Assembly: GCF_051903065.1 (NCBI RefSeq)
Contig: NZ_CP178438.1
Length of the DNA stretch: 64,000 bases
Strand: one strand, 5' to 3'
DNA from: Escherichia coli
GTDB lineage: Bacteria > Pseudomonadota > Gammaproteobacteria > Enterobacterales > Enterobacteriaceae
The translations under genes were made by a program, and so were the position numbers. Positions 22,889 to 32,847 of this stretch are shown here, one piece after another; the stretch's first letter is position 1, and each line of letters opens with the position of its first letter. Under the pieces are notes generated by a model. It did not search any database, had not been told where the DNA came from, and worked only from the letters and a program-made list of their open reading frames with translations.

Positions 22889-23945
22889 GGCTTTGTTGAA
22901 TAAATCAGATTTCGGGTAAGTCTCCCCCGTAGCGGGTTGTGTTTTCAGGCAATACGCACGCTTTCAGGCATACCTGCTTTCGTCATTTTGTTCAGCGCTC
23001 GTACCAGGGCCATAGCCTCTGCAACCTGACCATCGTAGTCACGCAGTGTCAGTGAACCCCCGAACAGCTGTTTTACCCGGTACATCGCCGTTTCCGCTAT
23101 CGAGCGACGGTTGTAATCTGTTGTCCATTTCCACCGCGCATTACTCCCGGTCATTCGCTGATTAGCCACTGCACGGTTACGGTCTGCATATTCACCGGGC
23201 CAGTAACCCGCACCTTTTCGGGGAGGGATAAGCGCGCTGATTTTCTTACGCCGCAGTTCATCGTGACATAGCCGGGTATCGTAAGCGCCATCGGCGGCGG
23301 CTGACCTGATTTTCCGGTGGGTTTGCCGGATTAACCCGGGGAAGGCCTCTGAGTCCGTAACGTTGTTCAGCGACAGGTCAGCGCAGATGATTTCATGTGT
23401 TTTACTGTCAACGGCGAGATGCAGCTTACGCCAGATACGGCGGCGTTCCTGGCCATGCTTTTTGACTTTCCACTCGCCTTCACCGAAGACCTTCAGCCCG
23501 GTGGAATCAATTACCAGGTGTGCGATTTCACCCCGGGTGGGCGTTTTGAAACTGACATTAACCGACTTTGCCCGCCTGCTGACACAGCTGTAATCCGGGC
23601 AGCGTAGCGGAACGTTCATCAGAGAAAAAATGGAATCAATAAAGCCCTGCGCAGCGCGCAGGGTCAGCCTGAATACGCGTTTAATGACCAGCACAGTCGT
23701 GATGGCAAGGTCAGAATAGCGCTGAGGTCTGCCTCGTGAAGAAGGTGTTGCTGACTCATACCAGGCCTGAATAGCTTCATCATCCAGCCAGAAAGTTATG
23801 GAGCCACGGTTGATGAGGGCTTTATTGTAGGTGGGCCAGTTGGTGATTTTGAACTTTTGCTTTGCCACGGAACGGTCTGCGTTGTCGGGAAGATACGTGA
23901 TCTGATCCTTCAACTCAGCAAAAGTTCGATTTATTCAACAAAGCC
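22889..23945 (-). mobile_element. IS903-like element (IS5 family), 1057 bp, 18-bp terminal inverted repeats, 9-bp target duplication ctcctgaac
   Basis: Ends ggctttgttgaataaatc / gatttattcaacaaagcc; flanked by identical ctcctgaac at 22880..22888 and 23946..23954. Confidence 0.85.
22945..23913 (-). CDS. IS903-type DDE transposase (322 aa)
   Basis: ORF with ...FKITNWPTYNKALINRGSITFWLDDEAIQAWY... characteristic of IS903/IS102 transposase. Confidence 0.85.
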   Translation of the reverse strand: MKDQITYLPDNADRSVAKQKFKITNWPTYNKALINRGSITFWLDDEAIQAWYESATPSSRGRPQRYSDLAITTVLVIKRVFRLTLRAAQGFIDSIFSLMNVPLRCPDYSCVSRRAKSVNVSFKTPTRGEIAHLVIDSTGLKVFGEGEWKVKKHGQERRRIWRKLHLAVDSKTHEIICADLSLNNVTDSEAFPGLIRQTHRKIRSAAADGAYDTRLCHDELRRKKISALIPPRKGAGYWPGEYADRNRAVANQRMTGSNARWKWTTDYNRRSIAETAMYRVKQLFGGSLTLRDYDGQVAEAMALVRALNKMTKAGMPESVRIA

Positions 23946-24805
23946 CTCCTGAACTACCAGAGTTTTTATACAAACTCGAAAACTACACCGGCAGTATTGT
24001 AACCCGTGAAGCTACAAAATTGTTGATGCTCACAGGGCTGAGAACAGTAGAATTACGTATGGGGGAATGGTGTGAGATCGATTTTACCCAAAAGATATGG
24101 GAAGTTCCTCCGACCCGGATGAAAATGAGGAAGGAGCATATCGTCCCTCTGTCAGATCAGGCAATCCAGTCTCTGCAAATCCTCAAAGAACTGACTGGAA
24201 GATACAGATACATCTTTGCCGGAAGAAATGATGTTAACAGGCCTATCAGCGATGCAAGCGTCAATATGGTTTTGAAGAAGATTGGCTATGACAAAAAAGC
24301 TACCGGGCATGGATTTCGTCATACAATGAGTACTGTTCTACACGAGCAAGGATTCAATAGTGCATGGATTGAAATGCAACTTGCACATACGGACAAAAAC
24401 AGCATTCGTGGTACATACAACCATGCTCGTTACCTTGAAGGAAGACGAGAAATGATGCAATGGTACGCTGACTACCTTGATGCTCTTCGAAAAGAGTCAC
24501 CAGCTATATAATCGCTTGATTTTAAAGGCTGACTTAACGATATCCCCCTGATAGTCATTTATCAGTTATCTAATTATTAAGTCAGCCATAATCCCCTAAG
24601 TATCATTCCTTAATCAGATTCAGCACCTTGTAATACGACCGGTTAATTTAGAAAGAGACGATAGATAAACGCTTATGATGAAATACTAAGAAATTACTTC
24701 AGGCTCTATTAACTGGAGCTGTAATAGACAATAATTTAAATAACGCAATAGTTATATTTATATCTTAATATAAATTTCCACTGTATTTAAGGTAATGACT
24801 CCAAC

Positions 24806-25309
24806 TTATTGATAGTGTTTTATGTTCAGATAATGCCCGATGACTTTGTCATGCAGCTCCACCGATTTTGAGAACGACAGCGACTTCCGTCCCAGCCGTG
24901 CCAGGTGCTGCCTCAGATTCAGGTTATGCCGCTCAATTCGCTGCGTATATCGCTTGCTGATTACGTGCAGCTTTCCCTTCAGGCGGGATTCATACAGCGG
25001 CCAGCCATCCGTCATCCATATCACCACGTCAAAGGGTGACAGCAGGCTCATAAGACGCCCCAGCGTCGCCATAGTGCGTTCACCGAATACGTGCGCAACA
25101 ACCGTCTTCCGGAGCCTGTCATACGCGTAAAACAGCCAGCGCTGGCGCGATTTAGCCCCGACATAGCCCCACTGTTCGTCCATTTCCGCGCAGACGATGA
25201 CGTCACTGCCCGGCTGTATGCGCGAGGTTACCGACTGCGGCCTGAGTTTTTTAAGTGACGTAAAATCGTGTTGAGGCCAACGCCCATAATGCGGGCTGTT
25301 GCCCGGCAT
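24806..25309 (-). CDS. insB: IS1 InsB
   Basis: 167-aa [19 protein letters not shown]... Confidence 0.9.
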
Positions 25310-25503
25310 CCAACGCCATTCATGGCCATATCAATGATTTTCTGGTGCGTACCGGGTTGAGAAGCGGTGTAAGTGAACTGCAGTTGCCATGTTTTACGGC
25401 AGTGAGAGCAGAGATAGCGCTGATGTCCGGCGGTGCTTTTGCCGTTACGCACCACCCCGTCAGTAGCTGAACAGGAGGGACAGCTGATAGAAACAGAAGC
25501 CAC
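25228..25503 (-). CDS. insA: IS1 InsA
   Basis: 91-aa [43 protein letters not shown]... Confidence 0.9.
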
Positions 25504-25535
25504 TGGAGCACCTCAAAAACACCATCATACACTAA

Positions 25536-25937
<402 letters not shown>

Positions 25938-26033
25938 CATGCATCACAACAGCTCCTCATAGGCACTCAGTGGTCGATGTTCCACCTGACTGATCTGCTG
26001 CCAGAGCGGGGCGTGAGGTTCCGGTACTATCTG

Positions 26034-26330
26034 CTAGCCAGACGACACTGAGCAGAGGCGATGTGAGGCCACCAGTTTCTCATTACTGTAGATCCGCAAC
26101 TCATCGTTCAGCGATATTCGTATCGAGACTGGCTGACCACACAGCATTTCGGGAACGCTGTACTGATTACCTCCAACTTCGTTATAGCGGGTCCCAGGAC
26201 ACATGGCGGATGTCGAAGTAACTGGTATCGAAGTCTGTATCCGGTAACGGCTGCAGATGTTCCTGCTCCAGCGCGAAGCGCTGTTCCGGCGTTTCTTTGA
26301 ACTGACGAAGCTCCCATTTGTCAGCCACAT
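26034..26330 (-). pseudogene. IS21-family IstA transposase C-terminal fragment (opposite orientation to the istB fragment)
   Basis: ...YSVPEMLCGQPVSIRISLNDELRIYSNEKLVASHRL... resembles IstA C-terminus; frame disrupted upstream. Confidence 0.4.
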
Positions 26331-26616
26331 CGGCTAGCGCCAGCTAACCTATGCGGTACTGGCCTTGGTGCTAACCCGCGTTAAAGCTACCACGTTGATC
26401 AGAGCCTCTCTCCCGGAAAGTCATACTGTCTTACATATTAATCACTCAAAATAGAGTAAATAAAATCATACAACTAGAGAGTGATTATAATTGTTATTGA
26501 ACACTGGTTATCCCATTTTTGTTATATTGATCACAAAACCCTTCTTTTTATGATGATCTAAAAATAAATATTAAATATTGTGGTCAGGCCGCTAGACCAC
26601 AATAAGAGGAAATATC

Positions 26617-27906
26617 ATGAAAAGAAAAACCATGGGGTGGATTATCGTTTTTCTTCTGTTTATAGTTTACATGCTGAACTATATGGATCGTTCTGCATTA
26701 TCGATTACGGCCCCACTTATCGAAAAAGAGTTAGGCTTTAATGCTGCTGAAATGGGGATGATTTTCAGCGCATTTTTCGTTGGTTATGCTTTATTTAACT
26801 TCATTGGCGGTTGGGCCAGTGACAAAGTTGGACCCAAAACAGTATTTTTGGTTGCTGCACTGTTGTGGTCTGTTTTTTGTGGTATGACCGGTCTGGTCAC
26901 CGGATTATGGACAATGCTTGCCGTACGTGTTTTATTTGGTATGGCAGAGGGCCCGGTTAGTGCAGCAGGAAATAAAATTATTAATAACTGGATCTCGCGT
27001 AAAGAGTCGGCAACAGCTATCGGTATTTTTAGTGCTGGTTCACCACTTGGTGGCGCTATTTCTGGTCCGGTCGTTGGCTTGCTGGCAATATCACTTGGCT
27101 GGCGTCCGGCGTTTGGGATCATATTTATATTTGGCCTAGTTTGGGTATTACTGTGGTACTTCTTTGTCAGTGATAAACCGTCAAAAAGTAAACGTCTGGC
27201 AGCGGAAGAACGTGTCGATTTCGAAAACCATGACGATATTATTCTAGCCGAAGATGGTAAAGGTACACCTTCGCTTGGTTATTACATGAAGCAGCCGATG
27301 GTATGGGCGACCACGCTGGCATTTTTTAGCTATAACTATATTCTATTTTTCTTTCTTACTTGGTTTCCAAGCTATTTGAATCATTCATTACACATTGATA
27401 TTAAAGAAATTAGTATTGCAACTGTTATCCCGTGGTTTATTGGGGCAATTGGCATGGTGTTAGGTGGCGTCTGCTCTGACTTTATTTATCGTATTACGGG
27501 AAATGCCTTACTTTCTCGCCGTTTAATTCTCGGCAGTTGCCTTGCGGGGGCCGCGGTTTGTGTCGCTGTTTCCGGAACTGTTACCTCTATTGGTAGTGCG
27601 ATTACGCTGATGTCTGTTTCCTTATTCCTGCTTTATCTAACTGGACCTATTTATTGGGCTGTTATTCAGGATGTAGTGCATAAAGATAAAGTAGGTAGCG
27701 TAGGCGGTGCGATGCACGGTCTGGCAAATATTTCCGGCATTATTGGTCCATTGGTAACCGGTTTTATTGTCCAGTTCAGTGGTAAATATGATTACGCATT
27801 CTATCTTGCAGGTGCCATAGCAATCATTTCAAGTCTGCTGGTATTCATTTTTGTTAAAAATAAAGGATTGAAATTCAATGAAAGTCAAAGCTGTGTACAT
27901 CAATAA
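26617..27906 (+). CDS. MFS transporter, anion:cation symporter (sugar-acid) family
   Basis: 429-aa 12-TM ORF; N-terminus LNYMDRSALSITAPLIEKELGFNAAEMGMIFSAFF... resembles hexuronate/galactonate-type ACS transporters. Confidence 0.75.
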   Translation: MKRKTMGWIIVFLLFIVYMLNYMDRSALSITAPLIEKELGFNAAEMGMIFSAFFVGYALFNFIGGWASDKVGPKTVFLVAALLWSVFCGMTGLVTGLWTMLAVRVLFGMAEGPVSAAGNKIINNWISRKESATAIGIFSAGSPLGGAISGPVVGLLAISLGWRPAFGIIFIFGLVWVLLWYFFVSDKPSKSKRLAAEERVDFENHDDIILAEDGKGTPSLGYYMKQPMVWATTLAFFSYNYILFFFLTWFPSYLNHSLHIDIKEISIATVIPWFIGAIGMVLGGVCSDFIYRITGNALLSRRLILGSCLAGAAVCVAVSGTVTSIGSAITLMSVSLFLLYLTGPIYWAVIQDVVHKDKVGSVGGAMHGLANISGIIGPLVTGFIVQFSGKYDYAFYLAGAIAIISSLLVFIFVKNKGLKFNESQSCVHQ

Positions 27907-28903
27907 ACCTGGTGAAATTGCTACCCGTCTGGTCGATTATCCAGTAAGAAAAGATAATGAAGTTTTAATTAAAGTGGATGCAGCGGGAATTTGTGGTTCT
28001 GACATCGGTGCATTTCGTGGTACTAACCCACTGGTAACTTATCCGAGAATTATTGGACATGAAGTCACCGGGATTGTTCTGGAAACCGGTGAGGGGGTAC
28101 CACAAAATATCAAACAGGGCGACCGGGTTATTGTAGATCCCTATGTTTATTGCGGTCACTGTTATCCATGTTCTGTAGGTAGAACTAATTGCTGCGAGAA
28201 CTTAAAAGTCATCGGCGTACATATTGATGGCGCTATGCAAGAAGTGGTTTCGCATCCGGCTCACTTAATTCACAAAATTCCTGACAATGTACCGTCAGAG
28301 ATGGCGCCACTGGCTGAACCCTTAACTATTGCCCTACACGCATTACATCGAGCGCAATTGAAAGCAGGTGAACATGTCGTCATTATTGGTGCAGGCGCTA
28401 TTGGACTTATGGCGGCCCTGAGTTCGTTGAACTATAAAGCAACTCCCATTCTGGTTGATATTGTCGATGAACGGTTGCAATACGCGAAATCGCTCGGCGT
28501 ACCTTATGTAGTAAACTCCGCAAAAGCTAATGTTATTGAGGCAGTGAAAGATATTACACAAGGGACGATGGCTCAGGTTGTGGTGGAAGCCTCTGGTGCA
28601 AATAGCGCAATCAGAAGTACCCTGGATCTGGCCTCATTTGCAGGGCGTATAGCCTATACTGGTTGGCCAAAGCAGGAAACATCGTTACCAACTAATCTAA
28701 TTACCTTTAAAGAACTAGATTTACGTGGTTCCCGTACCAGTGCCGGTGAATTTGAAGAAGCCCTGCAAATGTTATCAACGCTGAATATTAATCCGGCTGA
28801 TATCGTGAGCAAAGTCGTGACAATAGATGAAGTTCCTGAGGCTGTAAAAGAGTTAGATCAATTTCCGGAACGCTATCTGAAAATTAACGTGAAATTCATT
28901 TAA
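27878..28903 (+). CDS. Zn-dependent medium-chain alcohol/polyol (sugar-acid) dehydrogenase
   Basis: 341-aa ORF with GHEVTG zinc-binding motif, CGHCYPC structural-zinc cysteines and GAGAIG Rossmann motif; overlaps transporter by 29 bp. Confidence 0.8.
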   Translation: MKVKAVYINKPGEIATRLVDYPVRKDNEVLIKVDAAGICGSDIGAFRGTNPLVTYPRIIGHEVTGIVLETGEGVPQNIKQGDRVIVDPYVYCGHCYPCSVGRTNCCENLKVIGVHIDGAMQEVVSHPAHLIHKIPDNVPSEMAPLAEPLTIALHALHRAQLKAGEHVVIIGAGAIGLMAALSSLNYKATPILVDIVDERLQYAKSLGVPYVVNSAKANVIEAVKDITQGTMAQVVVEASGANSAIRSTLDLASFAGRIAYTGWPKQETSLPTNLITFKELDLRGSRTSAGEFEEALQMLSTLNINPADIVSKVVTIDEVPEAVKELDQFPERYLKINVKFI

Positions 28904-28930
28904 TTATAATTAACAAAAATAAAAAGTCTG

Positions 28931-28959
28931 ACGCGTAGTGTATTCACTACGCGTTTTTT
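28931..28959 (+). terminator. Rho-independent terminator after the dehydrogenase gene
   Basis: Perfect 10-bp stem acgcgtagtg/cactacgcgt, loop tattc, followed by tttttt. Confidence 0.7.
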
Positions 28960-29393
28960 GTGTGCGCCGTGACTGGCGCTGTTCTTCAACTGTGGTGGCT
29001 GAAGAACGACTAAGAGGTGAAAGTTCTCCAAACACCCGGTGAGGGGAAATGTTAGCGGAAGGCAAGGATGTTCATCGCGAGGTGAAATCTGAAGGAAGCC
29101 GGATGCAAAATGCTGGCCTGACGAACAGGAAGCGGCTAAGGCGGCACAAATCACCAAAGCCCAATACTCACACGGAACGCGGTGACGTACAGCCGACAGG
29201 CATAAGCAGGAAAGTCGTGCGAATTACCCCGGGAGATCTGCCGCTCTGCCAGTGTGCTACCGACGCCGTAGTAGCGCTGCAAAACCGGCAGCATGAAGGG
29301 CCGAACATAATTAACCGTGATTAGGACATCCGAACCCGATGATGATTAATGAAGCATAAACGCAGGCAACTGCGGCCAGCGGCAGAAGAGACG

Positions 29394-30342
29394 GACGGCA
29401 TCCTGAGGTGTACTGGCAATAGCGGACACTACCATTTGTTCTTTTTTTAAGCAGCCATCTGATGATATTTTTCCCTGAAGGCTGCCGGGGAGATATTCCC
29501 CAGACGAGAGTGACGACGCTGACGATTGTAGAAAATCTCAATGTATTCCCGTATTACTGAGATGGCCTCATCCCGGCTATTAAAACGATAGTGGCTCAGG
29601 CTCTCATTTTTCAGCGTTCCCCAGAAGCTTTCCATCGGAGCGTTGTCGTAACAGTTACCTTTACGCGACATTGATGTTTTCAGACCAAACTGCTCCTGGA
29701 TGACCCGGTAATCGTATGCGCAGTACTGTGAACCTCGATCGGAGTGGTGGATTAGCCCAGCAGGTGGGCGCTGGCTCCTGAGCGCCATAAACATGGCTTT
29801 ACCTGTCAGCTCTTTTGTCATGCGCTCTCCCATGGCGTAGCCGACAATTTCGCACGTATAAACATCTTTGATGCCAGCGAGGTACAACCATCCCTCCTGT
29901 GTGGCAACATACGTCAGGTCCGCCACCCAGACCTGATTTGGTACTGTAGGAGCGAACGTCTGGTTCAGCAGATTTGGCGCAACTGGCAGATTGTGGCTCG
30001 AGTTCGTAGTCGCTCTGAACTTGCGTTTCTGCTTACAGCGTAGCCTTAGCTCCTTACGAAGACGTGCCAGTCGGTCACGACCAACGATGATGCCATTCTC
30101 TGCCAGCTCCGTCTGGAGCCGCCGGGTTCCATATGTTTCGCGAGTGCTGATATGTGCCACCTTAATCTCCAGTTTTAGCCGCTCATCACTTTGTTTTCTG
30201 TCTGAGGGGTCATGCTGTACCCAGTTGTAATAACCGCTCCTGGATACACCAAATACCTGACACATCGCTTCAATGGGAAATTGTTGTCGCCATTGTTCGA
30301 TTAACGCGTATTTTTCAGCGACTCCTGTGCAAAATACGCTGT
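29394..30342 (-). mobile_element. Right half of an IS3-family element (terminus tgaggtgtactggcaatagcggacact at 29394), including orfB 29447..30342, cut by IS30
   Basis: orfB with DDE integrase core ...HHSDRGSQY...; terminal repeat matches the IS3-family terminus at 45109. Confidence 0.7.
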
Positions 30343-31563
30343 TGTAGATTCAATCTGTCAATGCAACACCCCTTTCAATTATCTCTTTCGGTGTTTTGAA
30401 CTTCAGTGTCTTTCTCGGTCTGTTGTTTAGCTGAGCAGCAACCAGATCTAGTTCATGTTGAGTATATTGGGCAAGACATGTCTTTTTAGGAAAGTACTGC
30501 CGAATTAGCCCATTTGTGTTCTCATTTGTTCCCCGCTGCCAAGGACTCTGAGGATCGCAGAAGTAAACTTTAACGCCGGTGCTGACAGTAAATTCTAGAT
30601 GTCTGGCCAGTTCCATTCCTCTGTCCCATGTCAGTGATTTTCTGAGTTCTGACGGTAAACTCAGGAATTTGTCGGTAAGAGCCTGATTTACTGAGACAGA
30701 ATCTTTGCCCCTGAGTCTAAGGATGATCGTATAACGTGATTTTCGGTCTACAAGTGTGGCTATATGAGAGTTTTTTGTACCTAAGACTAAATCGCCCTCC
30801 CAATGCCCCAGAGAGCGTCTGTTATCGATATTTCGGGAACGTTCGTGAATTGGTGTTCCGTTCACTATGTTAATCGTACCTCTTTCGCCTTTGCGGGTAT
30901 GACGCCTGCCATGGCGAAGGCTATGCGACCGTCGCAGATGCTGTATATTCAGGTGGTGTAGCGCTTCACGGCTACGAAAGTACAGCGTTTTATAAATTGT
31001 CTCAGGTGATATTCGCAGCGTTTTTTGACGTGGTTTTGTTCGCCTTAACCATCCTGATATTTGCTCTGGAGACCATTTCATCTCCAGCTTTTCCAGAACA
31101 AGCTTTCGCAATGGTAAATTTTGATCCAGTAAGCACGGTTTTGGCCTTTTCGCCATTCTGTTGGCTCGGTTATTAGCATCAACAGCTTTGTAATAGCGTC
31201 TGCCCCGATTACGCTGAACTTCACGTGAGATCGTCGAAGGACTGCGATTCAGCGCAGTAGCTATCGCACGAATGCTCATTTTGGCTGACAAACCAGCTCG
31301 TATCTCCTCGCGCTCAGACAGTGTCAGGTGAGCTACAGCCCGCTTACGCTCATGGGGTTTTATGCCGCCAGTATCCCTTAACATAGTGAAGATCGTTCCG
31401 GGTTTTGAACCCAGGATATTCGCTATTTCACTGAAGCCTGTTCCGTTCTTCCATAGTTCAAAAACAGAGGCTTTTTCCTCTGCTGTAAATGTTCGTCTCA
31501 TTCAAAAAACCTCTGCAACCCCATGTTTTCACATAACTGTTGCGTTGACCAATTGAATCTACA
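30343..31563 (-). mobile_element. IS30 copy 1 (1221 bp) with intact 383-aa transposase (30350..31501)
   Basis: Ends tgtagattcaat...; transposase MRRTFTAEEKASVFELWKNGTGFSEIANILG... identical to copy 2. Confidence 0.9.
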
Positions 31564-31877
31564 ACGGCTTTTTTTAATATGTCCCGTTCGTCGGTAACCC
31601 GCTTCAGCTCTTTCTGGAGACGGCGGATCTCGGCCTGAGCATCTGACTGTTCTTTATTAGTGGAAGAATCCGGACCGTACTTCTTTATCCAGGAGTAAAG
31701 GCTGTGGGTGGTGATATTGAGACGTGTTGCAACGCTGGCAACAGAATAACCGCGATCAACAACCTGTTTGACTGCTTCAATTTTAAACTCTTCGGGATAA
31801 CGCTTACCGCTCATGGGCACCTCTCTTTAAGTCATCTTAAATGACTCTGAGGTGTCTATTAAACCTGTGGCGATTCA
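31564..31877 (-). mobile_element. Left part of an IS3-family element: orfA (31564..31814, ends ...ERDILKKA) interrupted by IS30
   Basis: orfA MSGKRYPEEFKIEAVKQVVDRGYSVASVATRL... with HTH; frameshift heptamer aaaaaag 4 bp before IS30 junction. Confidence 0.65.
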
Positions 31878-32271
31878 TTCGTCTTGTTTATCAGGTTATT
31901 GATGATATGTTAATTATTGCGGTAGTCGCAGTAGGTAAACGTGAACGTAGCAACGTTTATCATCTCGCCAGTGAGCGGATGAAATAATATCCCTGTCAGC
32001 ACTCTTTTTTATCTGCTGCCGTTTTTTCCGGTGATTTTTTTCTGCATGCAGAAAAAAGCCTGCCCGGAGGGCAGGCATGAAAGACAATCGCACAGTTAGT
32101 GTTGAAATTAATGATATCACGCATTATACCCGGTGGATACACAAACCATCCCATGTAAATGCACTGGCATCCTAATCTACGTCTGATAACAACTGCAATG
32201 GCTGGACCTGTGATTTAAGAGAAAGTTATTATGTTTATTGAATATAACCGAAGTGATAAATAAAAGTATTA

Positions 32272-32460
32272 TCACCTGTAATATTTATGCTTATTGCGTG
32301 GTTTTATCTGGTTATATAAAGCACAGATGTTCTCATTATTTTCTGAAAAATAACCATATGGATCGATTTCCCCCACCCAGCCGAAGCGGTTCGGCTCGTT
32401 CGGCGTGTCGTCGACACTGAAGCGCTTATCCACTTCGTTCCAGCGGTAAGAGTCGTCGCT
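32272..32460 (-). pseudogene. C-terminal fragment of an unknown protein, truncated upstream by an IS256-like end
   Basis: Open frame ...SDSDDSYRWNEVDKRFSVDDTPNEPNRFGWVGEIDPYGYFSENNENICALYNQ... with no recognisable family. Confidence 0.3.
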
Positions 32461-32701
32461 GTCGCTGACGAATGCCATCGGGTCGCTAAACAGCGTGATC
32501 CGCCATGCGATCAAAAAGCGTAAGTGTTTCCGACAGACGAGCCGGTGAAAAAAGTGGTGTGTCTGGCAATACAGGCATCGTCCCCGAAATGGACGATGCC
32601 GTTAAAGGACTGGGGTATGGCAATAAGCCGCTTTATTATCGGATTCAGTGACCGCCTGGACGGTTACTTTTGAGAAAAGGCATTTACACACAATCCTAAA
32701 C
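32456..32701 (+). mobile_element. IS256-family element 3' fragment (transposase C-terminus plus terminal repeat)
   Basis: Sequence at 32611..32701 is near-identical to the IS256-like end at 44381..44460; antisense ORF shares the WRITLFSD-MAFV frame with 43500..43829. Confidence 0.5.
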
Positions 32702-32847
32702 AGACTCCTATATTTCAGATTTTGTTATCAACGCATTTCAAATCTCTTAGAAATCATTACTGTCGTCATATTTTCCGAGGCAGCTCACCACCTAACCATG
32801 TCTTATCAACAATATTTTGTGAAGGATATTTATAATGTAAAGACACA

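Larger units (their letters stand above)
22255..24511 (+). pseudogene. P4-family tyrosine integrase (IntS-like), split by IS903 insertion; N-part 22255..22888, C-part 23946..24511
   Basis: N-part MPLTARQVETAKPKDKIYKIADGGGLYLQV... and C-part with HxxR...Y catalytic region are in the same frame once the 1057-bp IS and 9-bp duplication are removed. Confidence 0.8.
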
